Below, piece by piece: positions 52,501 to 64,000 of a stretch of 64,000 nt of DNA. The notes under the pieces were generated by a model. The model saw only the letters and a program-made list of their open reading frames with translations, had not been told where the DNA came from and did not search any database. Within the stretch, counting starts at the first letter, position 1; each line of letters opens with the position of its first letter. A program made the translations under genes and the position numbers. The DNA is from Mytilus californianus. Taxonomy: Eukaryota. The stretch spans positions 79,236,001-79,300,000 of the forward strand of contig NW_026262690.1 in the NCBI RefSeq assembly GCF_021869535.1, read 5' to 3'.

Positions 52501-55500
52501 ATTTTTGTTCGAACATATTGTTTTTCTTTAATTGTTTAACATTTCTTACCGATATAACATGTTACTTTTATTATTATTCCCTTAGTTTATTTATTTTGTA
52601 TTTGCATTGTATCACAGGTCAAATTTATTTGTTCATTGTATGTTCATTGGTGTTAATATGTCATTTGATTGAGTTAAGCTATTTCAGTTGATATTTTATA
52701 CTGTGTCTTTCTATGTTGTGATGTTACACTATTGTTTCAGAAAAAGGGTGAAGGTTTGGTACCATTAAAACGTTTAAACCCGCTGCATTTGTTTGCACCT
52801 GTCCTCAGTCAGGAATCTGATGTTCAGTAGTTGTCGTTTGTTGATGTGGTTCATAAGTGTTTCTCGTTTCTCGTTTTTTCATATAGATTAGACCGTTGGT
52901 TTTCCCGTTTGAATGGTGTTATACTAGTAATTTTTGGGGCCCTTTATAGCTTACTGTTCAGTGTGAGCCAAGGCTCCGTGTTGAAGACCGTACTTTGACC
53001 TATAATGGTTTACTTTTTTAAATTTTGACTTGGATGGAGAGTTGTCTCATTGGCACTCATACCACATCTTCTTATATCTCTTTGAAAGGAGGTTATTTCT
53101 TAATCACCGGCGTTACATTTTTCTCATGTTGGTAAACATTTAGTTCCAATACGTTGTATTCTTGTTTTCCTATAGATTCATTTTGATCATCAGACATATA
53201 TGATTTATTTACATTTTGTCGGTGTTTTGTGTTCAAAAAGTTTGAACTCTTTCCCCTGTACCTGTTCCTGTTTTCTTCATTCATAGTGCCTATATGAGAA
53301 TATTGGTGAAAAATACTGGATTTGTTATATTTAAAGTATGCATTAATGTATATCAGTCGGTTGACCTACATTTAGTCTTAGATGCATGATTTTTTTTATT
53401 AGTTGTAAGTGGCTTTGAACTAGCTGTAAGTAAATGCGAGTACTCTCAGATCTGTACTGAGTGTCTTTTTGTTGTTTGGATGTACAAGTACCCGGCCACG
53501 TCCACTTGTATTTGTATTATTTGTATTTTTTATCCATCTGATGAGTTAAGCCTCTTTCAACTGATTTTTATAGTTCGTTCTTATGTTGTACTGTTACACC
53601 ACTGTCCAAGGTAAGGGGGAGGGTTGGGATCCCGCTAACATGTTTAACCCCGCCACATTCTGTATGTATGTGCTTGTCCCAAGTCAGGAGCCTGTAATTC
53701 AGTGGTTGTCGTTTGTTTATGTGTTACATATTTGTTTTTCGTTCATTTTTTGTACATAAATTAGGCCGTTAGTTTTCTCGTTTGAATTGTTTTACATTGT
53801 CATTTCGGGGCCTTTTATAGCTGACTGTGCGGTATGGGCTTTGCTCATTGTTGAAGGCCGTACGGTGACCTATAGTTGTTAATTTCTGTGTCATTTTGGT
53901 CTCTTGTGAAGAGTTGTCTCATTGGCCACATCTTCTTTTTTATATTGTTATTTTTTTAAAACTAGAAGTAAAAATCCCCAAAAAATCTTCATTTAAGCAA
54001 AGATATTGTACATGTTATATTTTTACTGGGATTTCATGTTGTTCTATACTAAATTTTCGAAGCAATAGACAGCCCTCCTTTACTGAAGTCTTAAACCTAT
54101 ACAAGAACTTGCCCTACCTCCTAGTAACACAACATCTAATAGATTCTAAGGTCAGACAAGATTTTTTAAAAGATACTTCTGGTTATTTTACTTATTATTT
54201 TAATTATTATAACAGTGGCGGCCATTTTGGAGCCTCAATTCTTAATACACAATGTTTTAATTGGTCTTGTCTATTTTTTCTCTCTATTGCTGTAACAATT
54301 GTAATCATGTTTTAGACATTTTATTGTCAGAATAATTTGATTGGTTTTTTTTAGTCTGCATTTCTGTTTTCCGAAACGATCTTAGCCATGTTTAAAGCCT
54401 TGACACAAGGTGATAATAATTATTAATTCATGAACGGAGTATTATAGAAATATAATTAGGATCATGTCAGTACCAAAGCAGTAGCTACTGAGCTGATGAT
54501 ACCCTCGGAAAAATTTTGAAGTTATTTACCTTAATGTTTACACGCAAAGTTTTAATGGTTAAGTATCTTACTATTTTTTTTAACGGTGGGAGTCGTGTGT
54601 GAAGACATGTTTTTTTTAGAAGTGTTTAGTAATTGGTTTTTGTTTCACTTTTTTATTATAGTAACGGTGTTAGCCATCAATACGAATATGGTCATTAGCC
54701 ATAATTCATAAAAGAGGATTAACACTATATAATTTAACCAAAGTTTTTTAGCAATTGGTCCTCCAAATAGTTTTGTATTTTATTTTTCTCCTTTTTTTGT
54801 AACAGTGGTAGCCATTTTTATTTCTTAACAGTTAATGTTTTATTGATATATGTATTCTTTCACTCTATTTTTTGTAACGATGGCAGTCATGTATAATGGA
54901 ATTTTGTGGTTATCAATCACAATTCTGTTTGTCATATACCTGTTCATGTATTCAAGTTTTCAAGTATTTATAAATCCTTTGCTTTTAAATTTTGAGTTTG
55001 TGCGTTTCTGGTGGAGGTAGATCCCGATGGTGTTTAGGACATACCAAATTTAGAGTTGTATTTTTACTTTTAAAATGAGCATGCATGTATCAATTGACAA
55101 AACTTTGATAAAATAAAATCTTCACCAATTTTTCTGAATTTTTTTATTGTTTTGTTTTCCCGCTTTTCTTTTCTTTAACAACTAATGGTGTAATTACTAA
55201 GAAACTAAGGGTTCCAAATTCGTCAAGAGAAGTTAACATTAGCAGAATATTACTCTTCTTATGAGATAAGATAAGAAGATGTGGTATATTTGCCAGTGAG
55301 ACAAACATTAAACAAAGTTCAAATGAAGCGGATTTATTCAACTATAGGTCACCGTACGTACTTCAGCAATGAACACAACTAATACCGTATAGTCATTAAT
55401 AAAATGCACCAACAAAACAAAATGTGAAATAATTTAAAAGAAAAATTCAACGGCCCCATTTCGGACAAAAAATAAATGAAAAACAAATGACAACCAGAAA

Positions 55501-56714
55501 CCAACGCAAACCACCGAATTACCGGCTCATGACAGGTACATATAGAATGTGGCGTAAATATATATAGTTTAACATGTTTGTGAGCGCTCAACCCTCTCAC
55601 AAACTGTGACAGTGATGTTACAGCACAGCATAAGATTCAATTTGCTTATATTACGTTTTTACTTATTTATATATCCATGTCTTTCAAATATTAAGGTTTG
55701 AGCGTTCCGGGTGAAGTTATATTCAGAAAAGTGCTTAAAACGTACGAAATTTATAAAGTATTGTATTCATTTAGCAATGGTTGAAACCGAATGGGGTCAT
55801 TTACCATAATTCTTAAAAGATTATACAGTTTTAACCAAAATTCGGCAACAATTATTTCTTCACAGAATCTTCAAAACTTTTAGATTGATTTTTTGTCAAA
55901 TTTTCTATTTATAAAAGGCAGGACCTTAATGCACTTCCGGAATATCTGAGATCACCCCCAGTTTTTTGGTGCTCGTGTTGCACATTTTGTATTTTTCTAT
56001 GCAGACTTTTGTGGACTTCATCGTCGTCTTTCGTTTTTTGCCATGGTGTTGTCAGTTTCTCTTCGCCATTTTTTAAAGATAGATTGAAAGAATTAGTCTC
56101 CCTCCGTTTTATAAATAAAGAACGACCAACGTAGATACAAGTATCTTGAGTAAGGAATAGATAAATCATATTTGACAACCTATTCGTTACGGTTAGAGGT
56201 TGTATTTTTCAACAATCTGCATTCCAATGCGGACATGTATCAACTGTACTCCTCTTCTTGTCGACATTATCCTTTCAATGATTTATTCAACTTTTTGTGA
56301 CTACGTTGAACGCATCTATGTCATATAACTTGATACAACATTATGTATGTGCCTGTCCCGAATCAGGAGCCTGTAATTCAGTGGTTGTCGTTTGTTTCTG
56401 TGTATCATATTTGTTTTTCGTTCATTATTATGTACATAAATTAGGCCGTTAGTTTTCTCGTTTGAATTGGTTTTGTCATTTCGGGGCCTTTTATAGCTGA
56501 TTAAGCGGTATGGGTTTTGCTCATTGTTGAAGGCCGTACGGTGAACTATAGTTTTTAATTTCTGTGTCATTTGGTCTCTTGTGGAGAGTTGTCTCATTGT
56601 CAAGTATACCACATTTTCTTATTTTTATAGAAACAGTTAATTCTGACTTAAATCTTGAATCTAGAAATTGACAGTGAAAACTGATTGATAACTAAAATAT
56701 ACAACAAAAGAGGG

Positions 56715-58230
56715 GATTTCAGCTGTCCTATTGTGCATTTCCCATTTCTATGTAGCAGCATTCCAGCAGTAGCGCCGCATATGTAGTACACATCTCCAGC
56801 TTAAAGAATATTTTAGAGCTAACGTTTCTATATACATTTCCCAACTCATTCGGTATTCAAGAGCTTGCAGCTGGTTTTCAGACTTTATACAACGTCACCA
56901 GTGTCTGAGCAGAAAGTTGTTTTACATCCCGTCAATGTGTTTGTATTATCTTTCATTTTTGCTGGTGTGTTTTGTATGTGTGACTTTATGTGTTTCTTTG
57001 GTACATATGACGTGGTTCTGTACTTTTAAAGATCCCACCATTTTGTTATTGTTCTATTATAATACCATTATGTTATTGTTCTATTATAATTTTGAAAATA
57101 CTTTGAACGACAAAATTATTTTATTCGCGTAGTGGTATTAACCATATGTGGATTCTTAAAAATTCTAAAGAACTTCTGCATAATTTTGAATCTCGGTCTT
57201 TTTCTGAAATTAGTTCTAACAAAAACTTTTGATTTTTCAACCCTGTATACCACTATTCCCCATGTGAAATTATAATTTTTGAAAATACTTTGAGCGACAA
57301 AATTATTTTATATTTCTTCCTGTGTGACGTTTACATATTCTGGCGTCAAACCCGCGACTCTACACTAAGGGAGCTACCATTTGATTTTTATGGGGGGGGG
57401 GGCTAGGATGAAAAATTTTGTTCTGCATTTTTTTTTTAGTTGTAATCTCTGTCCTGCCTTTTTATTTTATTCTCTATTCGGTCCTGCCTTTTTTTTTAAT
57501 AGTTTATCCTTGTTTTTTTTCATAAATTGTCATCCTGCCTTTTTTTTTGCCAAGTTGCTCATCCTGCCTTTTTTTTTACTCAAAACTCCTGTCCTGCCTT
57601 TTTTTAAAAAAAATTTCATCCTAGCCCCCCCCATAAAAATCAAATGGTAGCTCCCTAAGAGCAGATGTGAATGCAGTCACAGGACTTTAAATATTTCAAT
57701 CCTTTATGGGTTGATTTAAAATACATTTATAGGTAAGCAATGAATGTGGTTGTTAAATTTGATAGATGCTTTCTGTGCTTCTTTGTTAAATGTTTGTTTG
57801 TTTTGAGATTGTGACACAGTGATGACTGCTGTACCCATATTTTGACAATGTTACCTATTATGTCTTTTTTGTTCACACATCGTTGTAAATATAACGGAAT
57901 TTGATGCGACTGTCATACAAGTGAGAGGTTTAGCGCTATAAAACCAGGTTCAATCCACCATTTTCTACATTTGAAAATGCCTGTACCAAGTCAGGAATAT
58001 GACAGTTGTTGTTCATTCGTTTGATGTGTTTTATCATTTGATTTTGCCATTTGATTAGGGACTTTCCGTTTTGAATTTTCCTCGGAGATCAGTATTTTTG
58101 TGATTTTACTTTTTGAACCAGGGTTATGTCAATGAACGTTGCGTTCTTTTTCTAAAAAAGTTCATCGGAAGATACCAAGACCTTGTTGATAAAAATTCCG
58201 TATCAACTTCACAAATAATACATGATTGTC
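56715..58230 (+). mobile_element. Penelope-like RT C-terminal remnant split by ~1.2 kb of later insertions
   Basis: 56715-56922: IVHFPFLCSSIP...YISQLIRYSRACSWFSDFIQRHQCLSRKL; 58116-58230: NQGYVNERCVLFLKKFIGRYQDLVDKNSVSTSQIIHDCLEI*. Confidence 0.75.
57369..57655. mobile_element. PIF/Harbinger-type MITE (287 bp)
   Basis: TIR GGGAGCTACCATTTGATTTTTATGGGGGGG..GCTAGGATGAAA, TAA TSD at 57366-57368 and 57656-57658, internal TCCTGCCTTTTT repeats. Confidence 0.85.
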
Positions 58231-58829
58231 TTGAAATATAGATTCTAGGTACTGACGTTGTTTATAATCTTAATTACGTGTTATAGTGTTCCTTTTATTT
58301 GTCTTTGTATATTTTTAACCTTTACTGCCTAGTCCATTTTTGGTAATACACTTTTGACGTGGCTCGGTATACACATCCCGTCATTGTGTTATGATAATTT
58401 TTTGTATTCTTGTCTTTCATTTTTGCTTATATACTTTGTCTATAGAGCGTCTATCTGTCATTTTTTTTCTTTGTTTAATAGTTATTTGTTTTTATAGTGA
58501 TTAAGATTATAACACAATGTTTACTGCTGTACCCCAATTTTTGACATTTTTACCTATTATGTCTATTTGTTTTGCTCACACGTTGTTGTCAATATAATGG
58601 AATTTTATGTGACTGTCATACAAGTGAGAGGTTTAGCTAGCTATAAAACCAGGTTTAATCATCCACCATTTTCTACAAAAGAAATGCCTGTAAGAAGTCA
58701 GGAATATGACAGTTGTTTTCAATTTGCTTGATGTGTTTGAGCTTTTGATTTTGCCATTTGATAAATGACTTTTCGTTTTGAATTTTCCTTGGAGTTCGGT
58801 ATTTTTGTTATTTTACTTTTTTGTGTCAT

Positions 58830-59417
58830 GATTTACTTGATAGAGGTTTTCTCCTTACAAGGAAGTGCTTCATTGTTAAGCATGCGATATTAAGAAGAAA
58901 AAGTAAGATCATTCCACTTTGATTCAGAATAATGTGTTCGTGTATGAATTGATTTTTTTTTGGATCTAACAGCTTGTCATAAAAATAATTAAAGGACTTT
59001 CATTTGAGTTTTAGAAAAATTTCCACCAAAATTAGTCCCATTTAATGAGTAGTTCAAAAAGTTTTATTTGCCACTGAAGACAAAAATTCAATGAGCAAAT
59101 TCTGCAAATTTAAAAAGAAGGGTCGATTGTTGCAAAATTTTGGTTTTATAATACATATAATATCTTCTTTTAAAAAATTCAGAAAACACGAAAGGGACAA
59201 TATCCCGTTGGAATAAGTTTATAAGGTACAGCCAAACTTCCAAACCATCACTTTCATCAACATTCATTTGAGTTTCAAGAAAAATATCCGCCAAATTTGG
59301 TCCCTTTAATGAGTAATTCAAGCAGTTTTATTTGCAACTGAGCGTTAAACAGCCATCCATCATTACCATCGTCCATTCGGGGTGCATATACAGGGTAGAT
59401 TGATCATGTGGTTACAT
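58830..59417. repeat. Dispersed ~570-bp repeat, copy 2
   Basis: Near-identical to 13993-14559. Confidence 0.85.
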
Positions 59418-61265
59418 GCTGAATCCAAAACTGCAAAGAAAAAAGGGGTCACCAGGCTCGTTTTCCCCTCAAATGGAAGCGAAATGTGCGATTTTGACCC
59501 TATTACCAAACTTTTCCACCCTTTCAACAATAACGACTACATCAAATTCAAAGACTTTTAGAACCATATCAGTATGATTATTATGTGAAAAAGCAATTAA
59601 ATTTGAAATGTAAACGTTTCCCTTGGTTGTTTTAGACTTAAAAATCCTTTTATTTTCAGATTTATGTCTAAATTTTGCATTTTCTAATTTAAGTTTAAGG
59701 CTAAAAATATTGGTTAAATCGATTTTTCGTAAAATTTCCCCGGTAGATTTTTTTTAAAAACGGATATGTCAAAGCTATGAACTTTTTGAGCATTTAAAGG
59801 TAAAATAAAATGGGTGTCACCAGGCTTTTAAAAAAGTTATGAGCTTTTGTTTAACCCCTCTACCCCATGAGGTCTGATTTCAATGCACTCCATTAATTAC
59901 TTTCTTGTGAATTTTTTATTATTTGTTCTTTGTATAATCGTTATGGTTGGTATCTTATTTATGTGTTTATCTGACCCTTAACTGGCAAGTTGTGAACATG
60001 TATAGCCTGTTTTGAAAAATATCCGTGTCAAACAGCCAAAGAGGAGGGGATGGTCATTTTCAGCATCCACAATGTCCTTTATGCGCTACCGTTAGCGTCA
60101 AATGAGTCTTGATTTTATATCGTCATTCGTAAAATCTAATTTCGTAGCCACGTTGGGGTCAAATGGAGTAAAATATTTATCGTTAACGTCTAATGACTAG
60201 TAATGTGGGGTACCCCATAACTTCCCTCGGACAGGGGTCCATGATTCCTACACCCTATCCCCAACTCCCATTTCCCTTCCCTTTTACTCCAAAATTTTCT
60301 CCCCTTACTTCTTCTTCCACCCCCTTGCTCCCAGACAAAAAAATGGCAAAATATATTTCCCAGATTATTCATCCCCCCTCTTTTCGAATTCTTGTCCTTT
60401 CACCTAAAATCGTGTTCGCTCCAATTCACGTTCATCCCTTTTACATTCGCACCCCACACTTTCGCACCCTCAGTCTGTTTGTACCCTTCCTTTAATTCTA
60501 AATCAGGCCTTTGTTAGTATAGTTCTATAACATGATAAAATAAAGATATATTAAGTTTGTTTTTATTGTTTTAAAATAAAGTGACTCACACGAGATCAAA
60601 GGGTCTTTTCTATTTATAATCTTCATAAGATTTACTTCTACCAAACTAGTTACTTTTATTTTCACTTCAGACCAGGCTAACTAACGGACCTGCACATGGT
60701 ACCCCCTTTTCCCGCTTCCTGATCCCTCATTCTCATGTTCCCTTACCCCTGTCCAACCCCTCAAGGGGTTCAATTGTTTTGTTTGTTTTCTTTAGAATAT
60801 AAATGGCCTAATTTGTAAATTATAACCCCTACAGTACGAGGCAATACATTTTATTGATGGATTCGTCTTGATCACAATTTGTTTACAATTAAGCCCCCCC
60901 CCCCCCCCCGTCTCTCTTTGGTCTGTTTACCAAATAACACATACATTTGAGTTAAAAAAATCCTTATTGTTTTGTGCTTAGTATTTTTAAATACAAAATT
61001 TGTGTAAAAATTGTGTATCCCATATTCCAAACAGGTTACAAGACACCTCAGCATAATTTGGTTGATGAGGAGTACAAATGTATCTCAGCTGCATTTCAGA
61101 ATTTTTAGGCAGAGAAATAACTGGTCATAACTTGTCCCTGGCAGCGAAACAGCATACCCCGAGAAGTCTGTATTCAACATATGTATAAAAACAAAATCAC
61201 TATTTACACTTGCTGTGCATGTAATTTTATTTTATTTGCTCATTATTGTAGCCACAAATTCTTCA

Positions 61266-61711
61266 TTTTTTTATGCCGTAGCGGAGGGGGCATTAAGTTT
61301 TACCTTTGTCTGTCTGTACGTACGTCCCAAAATTGGTTTCCGTTCTCTAACTTCAGTTTGCCTCAACCAAATGTTATGAAACTTATACACAAGGCTTATT
61401 ACCAACAAACACAGATCAAGTTTGAATTTTCTTTGCCTTTGGTGGTGTCACTTTTACTGTTCTAGAGTTATGCCCCTTTACAAATGGAAAAATTGCTGAA
61501 TTTTTTGTTTCCCTTCTCTAACTTTAGTTTGCCTCATCCAAATGTTATGAAACTTATATACATTACTTAATACTCATTACTTATTACAACAAAACTCAGA
61601 TCAAGTAAAAATTTGGGTAGTGTCACTCTTACCGTTCTTTAGTTATGTTCCTTTATAACTTTATATTCAAGCGGGGGCATCATCTGTGTCCCATGGACAC
61701 ATTCCCCATTT
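61266..61711 (+). mobile_element. HINE-type element with duplicated core
   Basis: TTTTTTATGCC start, (TCTG)n, two ~150-bp cores, GGGGGCAT plus hairpin GTGTCCCATGGACAC. Confidence 0.7.
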
Positions 61712-63165
61712 ATTTAAAATATGAACTACATTATGCTTTTAAATGTCAATCATGGTTGATTTTCTGACAGAATCTCTCTGACATTTAATTTCAGGCTTCA
61801 AGTACATGTAAGAGGAAGGAGTGATTTGTTGTGAAAGATCCTGGATTGTTCAACTTTACTTGAAGTTGAAAACGATTGGCAAAGAACTGACAGAGTTTAC
61901 ACGAGAAGCCAGTATCATCTTGTCTTGCAATTGGGAACTATATGTAAAGTGCTGAAACTTAAGAACAACATTAGAAGCCAAGATCGACAATACTTGGAAC
62001 TACATGTATAATCAAAGTACTGTCAGAATCCATATGAGAGAACCCAAGATCATCTACACTTGGTAAGATAATACCACATCGAGGTCCAAAGGGTCCTAAA
62101 TTAAACTTTTGTTTAATTTCATCAAAATTGAATTCTTTGGTTCTTTGATATGCTGATTCTAACAATGTTTGAATGTTAAATCATATCTAATTTTAGAGAA
62201 CTTAGTCATCACTGGTTGTTGTTATTACATTATTGATTATAATTTGAAAAATTGCATCATATCTTATTTTAGAGAACTATTTATCCAGTTTGAGTTATTT
62301 CCCTTTGCACAGAAAATATTATGGATAAAATTAACCTGTGTTTCATTTCAACATAAATTAAATATATATAGGGTTCTTTCAAATGCTGAATCTTAACCTG
62401 TATTTAAATATTAGATTTTTGGGCCCAGTTTTCAAGTTGGTCCAAATCAGGGTCCAAAATTAAACTTTGTTTTATTCAACAAAAAAATAATTGATGGGGT
62501 TCTTTGAAATGCTGAATCTAACCATGTATTGAGAGATTTTGGATTGTGGGCTCCTTTATCAAATTGGTCCACATTGAGGTCCAAAGGGTCCTAAATTAAA
62601 TTGTTGTCTGATTTCATCAAAAATTTAATTCTTGGGGTTCTTTGATATGCTGATTCTAATATGTATTTAGATTTTGGATATTGGACCATAATAAGTATTT
62701 AAATGTCCAATTTCAAATATTTCAGTTCTTTGACCACATGTATATTGTGTCACAAACCTATGCTGTGTCAAATATTCAATCACAATCCAAATTCAGAGCT
62801 GTTTTAAGCTTAAATGTAGTGTCTATACTTGCTCAACTGTTCAGGGTTCGACCTCTGCAGGAAAATCCGGTTTGCTGTCACTCTGACAGCCTCTTGTCAT
62901 GGTTTTGTCTGTTACTGGCATACTATATATATGTTTCTAAATATTTGGTTGATGGGATGATTGAAACAGAGGCGGATTTAGGGGGAGGGCCCATTTGTTG
63001 ATTATATAGGGAATCACTGAAGCATGACTGGAGCAGGCCTTTCTTAGGCAGTCAGCCCCTCCCCCTCCCCTTTTATGAAAAATTCTGATTCCGCTACTGT
63101 GTAAGGCTGGCTTAGATTGGTTTATCTGACCTTGGCCTCATTTTCATGATCATTGATAATATTAA

Positions 63166-63515
63166 TTTTTTATGGCCCCGCAACAATGTTGTCGGGGCCA
63201 TATAGTTTTACCCTTGTCCGTCATTTCGTCATTCCGCAACAAACCATTATACGGACTTTTTTTTCTAAACGCCTTCAGATATTGGGCTGATTTTTGGTAT
63301 GTGAGTTAACCATGGTGATTTACAGATCAAGTTTAAGTTTCGTTTCGCTCTGCTAATTTTTGACGAAGTTACGGGTTTTGGACTTTGATAAATTGTTGAA
63401 AATCACAGTTATACGGATTTTTTTCTAAACGCCTTCAGATATTGGGTTGATTTTTAGTATGTGAGTTAACCATGATGTGTTACAGATCAAGTATATGTTT
63501 CGTTCCGATATGCTG
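63166..63515 (+). mobile_element. Truncated HINE-type element
   Basis: TTTTTATGGCCCCG..CGGGGCCATA start and a ~160-bp core repeated twice (near 63272 and 63432). Confidence 0.55.
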
Positions 63516-64000
63516 ATTTTCATGTCGTTTCAACACATCTTCAGTACATCCACTTCCTGTTTGCTGATAGTTTGAAATTTAACTACTCATTGATCAAGGA
63601 TATTTTCATCAAACTAGTATTGGTCTTGAGAGCTTGATACTATTCAAACATGTTTGTGTCCACATGTGTTGTTGAAATTGCAGTTTTTAAAACTTTTTGA
63701 GACAGGGCCGACACATCTAGTTCTGATACTTGTAGTAAAACTTTATCTTTTGGAATATCTACATAAAACCAATCAATGAATGATGATTAGTAAAGCAGGT
63801 AAGCACTTCCTATATTCATCTGTCATCTTTCTTGGTGTTCCCGGGTGTGATTTTATCAACCAATTTTTCTCTTTTGACACTTTGGTATTCTAGTCTTACA
63901 TTACACTACATGAAACCCAAGCATTATGGGGAAAAGGATACATTTTTACCTTCGCAATATATGAAAAGGGTGGGGTAACAGAACCCCAGCGGCACCCTCT

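Noticed and set aside
53535-53575. CTGATGA motifs in common repeats (also about 12590 and 54490)
   Set aside because: No downstream GAAA box or helix II, so not hammerheads.
60229-60754. Possible hAT-like element (GGACAGGGGT / ACCCCTGTCC ends)
   Set aside because: Only a 10-bp IR and a poorly matching 8-bp flank; insufficient support.
63500-63546. Minus-strand CTGAAGA...GAAA hammerhead-like core
   Set aside because: The 6 nt between the core boxes (TGTGTT) cannot form helix II and there is no helix I pairing.

Overview
AT-rich animal genomic DNA. The dispersed repeats look like those of a bivalve, probably Mytilus (inference). The window is dominated by one complete minus-strand gene (ATG 44269 to TGA 15035) for a secreted apolipophorin/apoB-type large lipid transfer protein. 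I traced 30 GT-AG exons by hand with consistent phases, giving 14,823 nt and about 4,940 aa: signal peptide, Vitellogenin_N, beta-sheet domains, an 8,622-nt exon built from internal repeats, and a terminal VWD. Downstream (1-12,300) is a frameshifted tandem duplicate of exons 27-28 whose 251-bp intron has grown to about 11.1 kb through nested mobile elements. The most notable insert is a ~1.9-mer tandem repeat (540-nt unit) carrying two intact minimal type I hammerhead ribozymes, a retrozyme-like element. Other inserts include two TSD-less AAA|TTT-targeting (Spy-like) MITEs, one with its empty site in the window, and a 4.75-kb CMC/EnSpm-type element. Elsewhere there are decayed hammerheads, Penelope-like RT remnants, Helentron-type HINEs, a Harbinger MITE, a tRNA-derived SINE and mini/microsatellites. 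No rRNA, tRNA gene or CRISPR array was found.
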